A stretch of DNA of 64,000 bases from Verrucomicrobiota bacterium. GTDB taxonomy: Bacteria; Verrucomicrobiota; Verrucomicrobiia; Limisphaerales; CANJXF01. Positions 35,104 through 44,298 of this stretch are shown in pieces. Under the pieces are notes generated by a model. The model saw only the letters and a list, made by a program, of their open reading frames with translations. It searched no databases and was not told where the DNA came from. The DNA is taken from the NCBI GenBank assembly GCA_038214755.1, contig JBBQRQ010000005.1, forward strand, positions 1-64,000. Direction: 5' to 3'. How positions within the stretch are numbered: position 1 is the stretch's first letter; each line of letters starts with the position of its first letter. Position numbers and translations under genes: made by a program.

Positions 35104-36474
35104 ATGAAAAAACTTCTTCGTCTCATCGCCTTGACCGTTGCAACGCTCCATTTTCTGGCACCGGCCTTCGCTGCGCCGCGTCCAAATATTGTTTTTGTCC
35201 TGGTCGATGATTTGCGCTGGGATGCGCTCGGTTGCATGGGACATCCATTTGTTAAGACGCCCAACATTGATCGCATTGCCCAGGAAGGCGCGCTGTTCAA
35301 AAACTTTTTTGTCACGCTGCCTTTGTGCTCACCCAGCCGCGCCAGTTTTCTCACCGGCCAATACGCGCACAAAAATGGCGTGATCGACAATAGCAATCAC
35401 AACGAGTTGAGCCATCAACTCGTCACGTTTCCAAAATTGCTGCACGACACAGGTTACGAAACCGCCTACATCGGCAAACTCCACATGGGCAATGACGATT
35501 CACCGCGACCGGGATTTGATCGCTGGGTCAGTTTCAAAGGACAAGGGGCCTACATCGATCCCTCCATCAATGTGGACGGCGTCGCTTCAAAAATGAGCGG
35601 CTACATGACGGACATTTTAAATAAATTCGCGCTGGAATTTTTGCAGAAAGAACACACCAACCCCTTCGCGCTTTATCTCGCGCACAAAGCCGTGCATGGC
35701 CCCTTCACTCCTGCCGAGCGCCACAAAAACTTGTATTCGGACGTGGCCGCATTTCCTTCTCCGCCGAGTCTCCGCGATTCGCTCGAAGGCAAACCGGTGT
35801 TGATCAATCGCGAAAAAACGCCAGCGGACGGCCCGCCAGGAAAACAAAATCCCAAGGCCGGGAAAAATTTTCCTGCCCAGACCATGCTGCAACAACTTCG
35901 CGCGTTGGCCGCCATCGACGAAGGCGTCGGACAACTTTTTGCCGCGTTGGAAAAGAGCAAAAAATTGGACAACACCATTTTTATTTTTAGCAGCGACAAC
36001 GGTTATTTTTGGGCTGAACATGGATTGGGCGACAAACGTTGGGCCTATGAGGAATCGATTCGCGACCCGTTGCTCGTGCGTTACCCGAAGCTCGCCAAAC
36101 CGGGAACCATCATCGACAAGATTGTTTTGAACATTGATCTCGCCCCTACGTTGCTCGAATTAGGCGGAGCGAAAATTCCCAAAACGGTTCAAGGCGAATC
36201 GTTTTTGCCGCTGCTGAAGAATCCGAATGCGAAAGGGCGCGACGCCGCTCTGTTTGAATATTTCAAAGAGAAACAAAATCGCACTCCGACGTGGCAAGCC
36301 GTGCGCACTGACCAATGGAAATATATTCGCTACGTCAATTTGCCGGGCGCGGATGAACTCTACGATTTGAAGAATGATCCGTATGAAATGAAAAATCTGG
36401 TCAACGATTCTTCCGCTGGAAAAAAGTTGCAGGAATTGCAAAAGGAACTGGCCAAGCTCACGAAAACATATTGA
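35104..36474 (+). CDS. Exported formylglycine-dependent sulfatase
   Basis: Signal peptide; RPNIVFVLVDD, CSPSRASFLTG, GYETAYIGKLH, SDNG and ELYDL.NDPYE motifs. Confidence 0.95.
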   Translation: MKKLLRLIALTVATLHFLAPAFAAPRPNIVFVLVDDLRWDALGCMGHPFVKTPNIDRIAQEGALFKNFFVTLPLCSPSRASFLTGQYAHKNGVIDNSNHNELSHQLVTFPKLLHDTGYETAYIGKLHMGNDDSPRPGFDRWVSFKGQGAYIDPSINVDGVASKMSGYMTDILNKFALEFLQKEHTNPFALYLAHKAVHGPFTPAERHKNLYSDVAAFPSPPSLRDSLEGKPVLINREKTPADGPPGKQNPKAGKNFPAQTMLQQLRALAAIDEGVGQLFAALEKSKKLDNTIFIFSSDNGYFWAEHGLGDKRWAYEESIRDPLLVRYPKLAKPGTIIDKIVLNIDLAPTLLELGGAKIPKTVQGESFLPLLKNPNAKGRDAALFEYFKEKQNRTPTWQAVRTDQWKYIRYVNLPGADELYDLKNDPYEMKNLVNDSSAGKKLQELQKELAKLTKTY

Positions 36475-36590
36475 GCCGCTGAGATCATTTCAAAATCCGG
36501 CACGATAGGAGCGCCGATTTCCCAATCGGCACGCCGGCCAACGTGCGATTGCCACGAGCCGAACCGGAGTTCGGCGTTCCCCGTTCTAGC

Positions 36591-38039
36591 TTACGTGGCT
36601 GCCCGCGAGTCGAGTATTTCTTGAATCACTTCTCCGTGAACGTCCGTCAGGCGGCGATCACTGCCGTTGTTGCGGAAGGTCAGCTTCTCGTGGTTGATGC
36701 CGAGCAAATGCAAAATCGTCGCGTGCAAATCGTAGCCGGTGGTTTTGTCTTTCGTCGCTTTCCATGACCACTCATCGCTCTCGCCGTAGGCCGCTCCTTT
36801 TTTGATTCCTGCGCCGGCGAGCCAATTTACATAGGTGCCGCCGTTGTGGTCGCGCCCAAGATTGCCCTGACTGAAGGGCATGCGGCCAAATTCTGTGGTC
36901 CAGACGATCAGCGTGTCCTGGAACATTCCCCGCGCTTTCAAATCTTTGACCAGCGCGGCGGCGGGTCGATCCATGGATTTGGTGATGAAACTAAGTTCCT
37001 TGTTGATGTCGGTGTGGTTGTCCCAGTTGTTCACGCTGCTGTCGCGACCGCTCCAGACCTGGACGAAACGAACGCCGCGCTCCAACAGCCGCCGCGCTGT
37101 CAGACAGTTGCGCCCGAAATCCTCCGTCGCTTTATCGTCGAGGCCGTAAGATTTTTTCGTTGTTTCCGTTTCGCTGGAAAGGTCGAGCACTTCAGGCGCG
37201 CTCAATTGCATTTTCGCAGCGAGTTCGTAGGACACAATGCGCGCATCGAGCCGCGAGTCGCCGGGATTGTGCGCGAGATGTCCGCGATTCAATTTGTTCA
37301 AAAGAGCGAGGCCGTCTGCTTCACTTTTTTTCGTAATAAATTTGGCAGACTCCGAGGGAAACAAATCGGTAATGGGATTTTTAGCAGCGGCATTGATGAT
37401 CGTACCGGAATGGGTGACGGGCAAAAAGCCGGACGAAAAACATCCTTTGCCGTTGTAAGGCAATCCGCGTGAATCGGGCAACACGACGAAGGTCGGTAAA
37501 TTATTATTCAGACTGCCGAGACCGTAAGAAATCCACGCGCCCATGCACGGAAAACCCGGCGTGAGAAAACCGCTGGTCTGCAAATAAACTCCCGGCCCGT
37601 GAACGTTTGTTTTCGAAGTCATCGCCATCAGAAACGCGAGGTCATCAACGCATGTGGCGAGGTGCGGCAATGCGCTGCTGACCCAGCGTCCACATTCGCC
37701 GTGCTGTTTCCAGTCGAACGGACTTTTCATGAGATTGCCTGGCTGACTTTGGGACGCTTCAACCTTTTCGCCGGGGTCAAATTTTTCGCCGCTGTGCTTG
37801 ATGAGCGTAGGTTTGTGATCGAACAAATCCACCTGGCTCGCGCCGCCGTTCATAAAAAGTTGCACGACCCGTTTTACTTTCGCGCGATGATGCAGGCCGC
37901 CGTTGAAATCGGGATTTGGTTTTGAGAGCGTGTCCGCGAGTAATCCTTCTGTGCCTATCAAATGCGCCATGGCAATGCCGCCCAATCCGCCGCCGAAGCG
38001 CCAAAGAAATTCGCGGCGATTGAATGAAGATGGGTTCAT
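36591..38039 (-). CDS. DUF1501 domain protein (Tat-exported, PVC-typical)
   Basis: NRREFL Tat motif; LFMNGGASQVDLFD.KP, ARRLLERGVRFVQV, EFGRMP..GRDH and RRLTDVHG motifs. Confidence 0.9.
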   Translation of the reverse strand: MNPSSFNRREFLWRFGGGLGGIAMAHLIGTEGLLADTLSKPNPDFNGGLHHRAKVKRVVQLFMNGGASQVDLFDHKPTLIKHSGEKFDPGEKVEASQSQPGNLMKSPFDWKQHGECGRWVSSALPHLATCVDDLAFLMAMTSKTNVHGPGVYLQTSGFLTPGFPCMGAWISYGLGSLNNNLPTFVVLPDSRGLPYNGKGCFSSGFLPVTHSGTIINAAAKNPITDLFPSESAKFITKKSEADGLALLNKLNRGHLAHNPGDSRLDARIVSYELAAKMQLSAPEVLDLSSETETTKKSYGLDDKATEDFGRNCLTARRLLERGVRFVQVWSGRDSSVNNWDNHTDINKELSFITKSMDRPAAALVKDLKARGMFQDTLIVWTTEFGRMPFSQGNLGRDHNGGTYVNWLAGAGIKKGAAYGESDEWSWKATKDKTTGYDLHATILHLLGINHEKLTFRNNGSDRRLTDVHGEVIQEILDSRAAT

Positions 38040-38063
38040 AAATCTATTTCGCAGAATTGACAA

Positions 38064-38282
38064 TCAACTTGAAGGTCTGCTGACTTGTTGAAATGCCAGC
38101 CGCAACTCCTCTTGCGGTGTCCGCCACAGCGCCGTCCACGACGTATAGCCGGGCGTTTGCGGCGAATGATAAATGTTCTTTTGCACGAAGTTCGTCGCAG
38201 TCACTTCCACGACGTTGGTCGGCGCGGCGCTCGCTTGAATGGCGAGAAGTCCCGCAGCGCAAAGACTGAATAATATTTTCAT
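38064..38282 (-). pseudogene. Probable truncated gene: signal peptide plus the start of a sialidase-like domain
   Basis: MKILFSLCAAGLLAIQASAAP..IYHSPQTPGYTSW..LAFQQ then an abrupt stop at ~72 aa. Confidence 0.45.
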
Positions 38283-38325
38283 GCGAATTACGTCGGACAA
38301 TTTTGGCAACAAGTTTGGCATGAGT

Positions 38326-41300
38326 TTAATTCACAAAAATAAATTCGTTGCTGTTCAAAATAATCCGGCAGGTGTTGGCCATGCCGTGTTCGGCGGCATA
38401 CTTTTTCAAAGCCTTCAGTTCACTTCGAGTTGGCGCGCGCTCCAAAACTAATTGATAGACCGCTTCAATTTGCTTTTCGAGATTGTCGCCGATCTTCGCC
38501 ACCCGCGCTGCGAGATGTTCGCTTTGGCGCAGGATAAATTGATTGTTCAACATCGCCAGCGCTTGCAGCGCGGTCATGGAAACGTTTCGCGTCGCCGTCA
38601 ATTGCGAAGCGTCCGCGCAATCGAGCGTGTCCATGAATGGATCGGGCAGCGTGCGGTAGATGTAGCGATAAATGCTGCGACGAAAACTCGCGGGCGAATC
38701 CACGTCGAACTTCGCGTAATCGAGCACCGGCGTCACGGGCGCGTTGGTGTCAATCAGCAGAAATTGCATCACGGGCGGGCCGCCGGCCGTCGGGTCGAGC
38801 TTGCCCGTGATTTGCAAAATGGTGTCGCGCAATTCCTCCGCATCGAGCCGCGTGCGATTCATGCGCCAGAGATACCGGTTATCCGAATCCTTTTTCGCAA
38901 ACTCGGCGTTGTGTTCCGACGACTGCTGATAAACCGCGCTCATCAAAATCATTTTGTGCAATCGTTTGATCGAACCGCCGCTTTCCAGAAATGTCACCGC
39001 CAGCCAGTCGAGCAACTCGGGATGCGTTGGACGCGAACCCATTTCGCCGAAATCATTTGGCGAATCCACAATGCCTCGTCCGAAATGATAATGCCAAACG
39101 CGGTTCACAATGGAGCGCCACGTCAAAACGTTTTGGGGATCGGTCATCCATTTCGCCAGCGCGGCGCGGCGGCTCCCTTCGTCGTTGGCATCCGAAATAT
39201 CAAACTGCGATTTCACTCCTGAAACAAACGAGAGCGCCCCCGCTGAAGCAGGTTCTTCGGGTTGATCGATGTCGCCGCGCTTGAGCAGATAAATTGGGCG
39301 CGGCGTTTTCGCCGGTTTGAAAATCAGGCGCGGCGTGAAATCGTTTGCCACGGCATACACCAACTGCGGTTCGGGCAAGGCGGCGAGTTGCCGGTCAATG
39401 CGCGTCTTCAAATAGTGCGCCGCGAGTTCGATTTTTTGAGCGTCGGTGCGCGCTTCATTTTTGGTGGCGAGAATTTTCGCAATGTTCTCTGGAAATAATT
39501 GCACCTTCACCGGACGCGATGCCGTCGTGACCGACAGGCGAAATTTTCCGATCAAATGCGTCCGACCAATTTTCTGTTCCAACGTGAAGTTCAAGAGCGT
39601 GCCGTTGGAAAAGCCAGCGTTCTCCTTCATTTCAAAAATCGCGAAATGCGAGCGTCCGATTTCCGGATGAATCGCCCAGCCCGTTTTTGAATCGCCATCC
39701 AGCGCCTTCGTGACGTCGTAATCCACCCCGTCGTATTTCTGATTGAAGTCCGCCGAGGGATTTTGCAACGCGACCGGCTTCATTGAATTCGGCTCTGATT
39801 TCGGCGCGGCTTTTAAATGAAATTCGGTCAAGGTCAGATTTCCATTGTCCTGCCGGCCCGGACCTTTCAACGGCAAATTTTCGTCCGACAAAACTTCCAG
39901 TCTCACGGCGGTGATATTGGTCAGTTCCGTTTGCGCTGTGACGGTGTAGGTGTCGGTGTCCGGTCGCGTCCCGCTCGCGAGGACGGATAAATTCGTTTGC
40001 TTCGTCAACGTCGCGCCGCCTTCAGATCTGAAACTCTCGGGGTCGAGCGCTGTCCACTGGATCGTATTATAGCCAAGTTCTTTTTCCCACGCGGCAACCT
40101 CTGATTGAACCGCCGGAGCGAGCAGCGTTTTGCCTTTGAGGTTTACGTCGAGCGCAGTTTTCTCCTTCAGTAAAGCCTGGCGCAGCGCGTTGGTTTTCGG
40201 ATCCAAATCATACGGGCGATCCACGCGATCAATTCCGGCGAAGACCGCTTGCAGGTTGTAATATTCTTTCTGTGGGATGGGATCGAACTTGTGATTGTGG
40301 CAGCGCGCGCAATGCACCGTGCTGCTGACCAACGTGGACATCGCGGTGCTAACCATGTCGTCGCGATCCAGATTTTGCGCCTGTCGTTTGTCGAAAGAAT
40401 TTTCCGTGATATAAACTTGCGAACTGTCGTCCCACGGCCCGGCGGCGATGAATCCCAGCGCGACAATTCCATCTGGCTCGTTCGGAAAAAGAACGTCGCC
40501 GGCCAACTGTTCTTGGACGAAACGCGCATAGGGTTTGTCGTCGTTGAAGGAACGAATCAGATAATCACGATACGGCCAGGCGTTAGGTCGCGGACGATCC
40601 TGCGAATGTCCGTGCGTGTCCGCGTAATGAACGACATCCATCCAATGCCGCGCCCAGCGTTCGCCGTAACGCGGACTGGCCAACAAACGATCCACCACTT
40701 TTTCAAAGGAGCGCGGTGATCGGTCGTTGAGAAACTTTTGCAGCTCCTCGCGCGTGGGCGGAAGGCCGGTCAAATCAAAGGTGACGCGGCGGAGCAACGT
40801 GCGTTTGTCGGCGGCCGGCGCTGGCTTCATTCCTCTCTCGGCCAATTTCGCGAGAATGAATTGATCGATGGGTGTTTTTGCCCAGCGGGAATTCTTTATT
40901 TTTGGCGGATCAATTTTTGGAAGAGGCTTGCGAGACCAGTGTTGTTCATCGTTCCATTTATTTTTATGGAGAGGGCGCTCGTACTTTGCTCCTTCATCGA
41001 TCCAATGGGCGAGCGCGGCGACTTCTGTTTCGGAAAGTTTTTCCCGCTTGAAGGGCATCCCGGGCGAATCGGCGTGCGTAATTTTTTTGAGCAACAAACT
41101 TTCCTCCGCGTGGCCGGGGACGACGGCGGCGACCCTACTTTCTCCGCCGCGCAAAAGAGTTTCTCTCGTCGAAAGATCAAAGCCGTGGCGAACAAATTTC
41201 CCGCCGTGACATTCCAGGCAATTGTTTTCCAGCAAGGCAAGCGGCTCCGCGGCGGAGGAAATCGGTCCGGCGGCAAACGAGATCAATTCAGAGCAGAAAA

Positions 41301-41349
41301 ATACAAGCCGCCAGGAGGCAGTAAGAAATAATTGAGTTCGGTTTTTCAC
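38326..41349 (-). CDS. Planctomycete cytochrome c / DUF1549 / DUF1553 (PSD1) protein
   Basis: CLECH, LLRRVTFDLTGLPPT, YGERWARHWMD, CARCHNHKFDPI, PTHPELLDWLA and QALAMLN motifs. Confidence 0.92.
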   Translation of the reverse strand: MKNRTQLFLTASWRLVFFCSELISFAAGPISSAAEPLALLENNCLECHGGKFVRHGFDLSTRETLLRGGESRVAAVVPGHAEESLLLKKITHADSPGMPFKREKLSETEVAALAHWIDEGAKYERPLHKNKWNDEQHWSRKPLPKIDPPKIKNSRWAKTPIDQFILAKLAERGMKPAPAADKRTLLRRVTFDLTGLPPTREELQKFLNDRSPRSFEKVVDRLLASPRYGERWARHWMDVVHYADTHGHSQDRPRPNAWPYRDYLIRSFNDDKPYARFVQEQLAGDVLFPNEPDGIVALGFIAAGPWDDSSQVYITENSFDKRQAQNLDRDDMVSTAMSTLVSSTVHCARCHNHKFDPIPQKEYYNLQAVFAGIDRVDRPYDLDPKTNALRQALLKEKTALDVNLKGKTLLAPAVQSEVAAWEKELGYNTIQWTALDPESFRSEGGATLTKQTNLSVLASGTRPDTDTYTVTAQTELTNITAVRLEVLSDENLPLKGPGRQDNGNLTLTEFHLKAAPKSEPNSMKPVALQNPSADFNQKYDGVDYDVTKALDGDSKTGWAIHPEIGRSHFAIFEMKENAGFSNGTLLNFTLEQKIGRTHLIGKFRLSVTTASRPVKVQLFPENIAKILATKNEARTDAQKIELAAHYLKTRIDRQLAALPEPQLVYAVANDFTPRLIFKPAKTPRPIYLLKRGDIDQPEEPASAGALSFVSGVKSQFDISDANDEGSRRAALAKWMTDPQNVLTWRSIVNRVWHYHFGRGIVDSPNDFGEMGSRPTHPELLDWLAVTFLESGGSIKRLHKMILMSAVYQQSSEHNAEFAKKDSDNRYLWRMNRTRLDAEELRDTILQITGKLDPTAGGPPVMQFLLIDTNAPVTPVLDYAKFDVDSPASFRRSIYRYIYRTLPDPFMDTLDCADASQLTATRNVSMTALQALAMLNNQFILRQSEHLAARVAKIGDNLEKQIEAVYQLVLERAPTRSELKALKKYAAEHGMANTCRIILNSNEFIFVN

Positions 41350-41417
41350 GCGGAAAAGAATTGCGGCACGATAACGGGTTTCGCGTGCTGGTTCAATAAT
41401 CCGATTTAAATTTCGAG

Positions 41418-41759
41418 CTATTCATGGCCCCAATCCGGAGGGCTGCGAGGGACTGGAGGAGATTCACTTACGTTCCCCAAAAAAAAGCTGGTGACAAGAC
41501 TCGAGATAATGAGTGCCAGCGCCAAGGCCACGATGACGCGTTGTCGGCGATGGGCGTGCTTGAAAGCATAGATGCCGGAATAAATTCCCAGAAAAGCTAG
41601 AGCGAGCGCGGAGGCGATTTCCATGTCAAATCTCGCATCCGACTGGTGAATGCCATGAAAGACGCAGAATCCGAAAAGAAACAGTCCGCACAAAGAGACG
41701 GAGAGTAGATGCCAACGAGTTTTGTTGGAGCGCCGCCCGCGTGTTGAACTTGAAGGCAT
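41418..41759 (-). CDS. Small hypothetical membrane protein (3 TM)
   Basis: ATG start; three hydrophobic segments; collinear with its neighbours. Confidence 0.5.
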   Translation of the reverse strand: MPSSSTRGRRSNKTRWHLLSVSLCGLFLFGFCVFHGIHQSDARFDMEIASALALAFLGIYSGIYAFKHAHRRQRVIVALALALIISSLVTSFFLGNVSESPPVPRSPPDWGHE

Positions 41760-41844
41760 GTGCGAGCCAGAACTAAATTCGGAAGCGTTTTAATGCAATT
41801 CAATTTCTCGAGAGTGCGGCGGTTATTGACGTGCCGCGACAAAA

Positions 41845-44298
41845 TCAAAACGGATAACCAATCGAGAAATGCAATGTGCCGCCCGGATCGTCTTTTCGCG
41901 GATTCAAGTTGTGCCCGTACTCCAAACGGATGGGGCCGATCACCGTCTTCCACCGAATTCCCAGCCCAACCGAAAAAAGTTTTTCATCGAAGGGATATTT
42001 TTCAAAACTTTTGGCGAAACCAATCGAATCCGAAAAAGCGATGAGCGACCATTTTTCCGTCAGAGCCTGTTCGAATTCCACGTTGACCGTCAAATAAGTT
42101 TCCGCGCCGATGACTTTGCCGCGGGCATTGCGAGGGGCGGCCTCGCCTTCCTGAAAACCGCGCACGGAATTTTCTCCGCCTGGAAAAAATCTTTTGTTGA
42201 ACGGCAACTCGTCGCGCGAATTTCCGGCGGTGTAAATAATTCCGTGGTTCAAGCCCAAATGCAGCCAGCTCGTTTTTGCCAGCGGCTGATGAAACGACCC
42301 GCTGAGTTCCAGCCGCTCGAAATCGACATCGCCCGCCAAAAATTGCGAGGCGTTTTCCAAAGTTCCTGAGACGCGATAGCCTTCTCGCGGATACAGGGGA
42401 TTGTCCCTCTTGTCCCGTTTCAAATCGAACGTAATGGAGCCAACCGTGGCGTGGGCCAAGCCGACTTCCTCCGCCAGTCGAGTTTCCACCGCGTTAAGAA
42501 TCTGGTAATTATAACGAACGCTCGCGTCGCTGGAAATGGATGGCAAAAACTTTCGCGCGCCCGCCCCGCCGCCATATTCTTCGCGGGTAAATGAAACTTC
42601 CTGCCGCCTCAATCCCGACGCGTTAAAAAAAACATCCACGTCTTTGCCCACGAATTCCGGCATGGTGTAAATATAATCTGCGCTGGAAGATTTGAAGGAT
42701 TGCGCCACGCGAAATCGCGCCCGGTGCGCGAGTCCAAAAATATTGTATTGATTCACCTCAAAACCCACCCGCAGCAACTCGTAACTGCCGAAACCGAAGA
42801 GCAGGCTGACATCGACTTCCTTGCCTTCTTTCACTTCATAAATGACATCGCGAGTCTGTTCGTCCACCTGCTGGTAGCGCAGCCCCACCGAATCAAAAAT
42901 GCCAAGCCGCGCCAAACGGTAGCGCCCGTTTTCCACTTGAATGCGGTCGAGCGTGGAATTTGTTTTGACGAGCACGCGGCGCTTGAGGGCGGCCTCTTTG
43001 GTTCTCTTTTGGCCGGAAAATTCCACCGCGCGCAATTGAATTTTCTCTCCGCTGTTTACTTTTGCGACGAGGTCGAGCAAGACCACCTCGTTGGTCGCCG
43101 GGCGTCTTTCAGTCGTCATTTTCACCGTCGCGTCGGCATAACCCAGATGATAATTCGTCCTGGTCAACTCTTGCGCAAAATCCTGTTGCCAAATTTTGGA
43201 AAAAATAATGTTCGTGACCACGGTGGAAACTTCCGCCGGCTTCGCGTTCGTTCCGTAAAAAATTTCGGTGCGAATCGAACGCACGAAAAATCGGGGACCC
43301 TCCTTGACCTGGATCCGCACTTTCACTGCGCCCGTCTCGTCATTTTGAGTGAGTTCGGCTTTCGTCGCTTCCGCTTGATCGTAACCTTTTCGCGCCAGCA
43401 CTTCGGTCAAGCTGGCCAACCCGCGTTCCAGCCGCGACGGAGTATAGACGCGCATCCTTTTGAATTTCCCCAGCGCGCCGCGTTCGATAAAAAAGTCGCG
43501 CGCATCGTCTTCCGCCATGGCCTTCAAACCGTCAAAAGTGATTTCATCGAAAAAATAAAAAACGCCTTTCTCAATTTCAAATTCGACGCGTGTCGCCAGA
43601 ATCGGACGCGGCAACGGCTCGCGGATGCTTTCGCGCCACTCGTAAGTTTTTTTCTGGCCGTCATCAAGCATCAGGCGCGCCGTGATTTTTGGTTTGAGAT
43701 AACCATCGCGGCTGACCCGCGACATTAAGATCAAAGCGGCATCCTCGATAAAATTTGCGTCGTAAAATTCGCGATGCTTGGCTTTTTCATCGAAGGTTTT
43801 TACCAGATTTTTCAACAGCAGATTTCCCAATGGGCCGTAGCCGGAAACTTTTATGGTGGCGCGTGGCGCTTCGTTGGTTTTGGCGGCGGTGTCGTGTGGG
43901 CATAGAAAAAAACACAAAATCACCAGGAGAATTTTGGGGATGAACGGACATTCGACTGGACTCTTGAAAAGTCGCGGAGCGCGGCCTTCAGGCCTCGTCA
44001 TCACCCACATCTTGTCAGCGGCTTTTTCAATCCCAACGGGATTGCATCGTTTAGCCCAGGGTTGCGAGGCACGAGCTACCCTGGGTGAACAGGACCGAAC
44101 AACATCAACCCTGAAGGGGTTGCAGTCGCAGCTAAATTTAGTCGCGGAAGGAGATGCAACCCCGTTGGGGTTGGGAAAATTCCTTATCGTCACCCCAGGG
44201 TAGCTCGTGCCTCGCAATCCCGCGACTGCGGGACTGAGTGACACAATCCTTTCAGGATTGAAGAAACCGGCTGCTGACAGGTTATTTCCGCGCCTCAT
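41845..44298 (-). CDS. Omp85 family (BamA/TamA-like) outer membrane protein with POTRA domains
   Basis: FFPGGENSVRGF, GLGIRW.T.IGPIRLEYG and C-terminal FSIGYPF. The first ~110 codons are repeat-derived, so the start is uncertain. Confidence 0.88.
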   Translation of the reverse strand: MRRGNNLSAAGFFNPERIVSLSPAVAGLRGTSYPGVTIRNFPNPNGVASPSATKFSCDCNPFRVDVVRSCSPRVARASQPWAKRCNPVGIEKAADKMWVMTRPEGRAPRLFKSPVECPFIPKILLVILCFFLCPHDTAAKTNEAPRATIKVSGYGPLGNLLLKNLVKTFDEKAKHREFYDANFIEDAALILMSRVSRDGYLKPKITARLMLDDGQKKTYEWRESIREPLPRPILATRVEFEIEKGVFYFFDEITFDGLKAMAEDDARDFFIERGALGKFKRMRVYTPSRLERGLASLTEVLARKGYDQAEATKAELTQNDETGAVKVRIQVKEGPRFFVRSIRTEIFYGTNAKPAEVSTVVTNIIFSKIWQQDFAQELTRTNYHLGYADATVKMTTERRPATNEVVLLDLVAKVNSGEKIQLRAVEFSGQKRTKEAALKRRVLVKTNSTLDRIQVENGRYRLARLGIFDSVGLRYQQVDEQTRDVIYEVKEGKEVDVSLLFGFGSYELLRVGFEVNQYNIFGLAHRARFRVAQSFKSSSADYIYTMPEFVGKDVDVFFNASGLRRQEVSFTREEYGGGAGARKFLPSISSDASVRYNYQILNAVETRLAEEVGLAHATVGSITFDLKRDKRDNPLYPREGYRVSGTLENASQFLAGDVDFERLELSGSFHQPLAKTSWLHLGLNHGIIYTAGNSRDELPFNKRFFPGGENSVRGFQEGEAAPRNARGKVIGAETYLTVNVEFEQALTEKWSLIAFSDSIGFAKSFEKYPFDEKLFSVGLGIRWKTVIGPIRLEYGHNLNPRKDDPGGTLHFSIGYPF
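44006..44285. repeat. Long palindromic REP/MITE-like composite at the 5' end of the Omp85 gene
   Basis: cttgtcagcggc..ttcaatcccaacgggattg..cgagctaccctgggtga ... tcaccccagggtagctcg..caatcctttcaggattgaa..gctgctgacagg. Confidence 0.8.
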
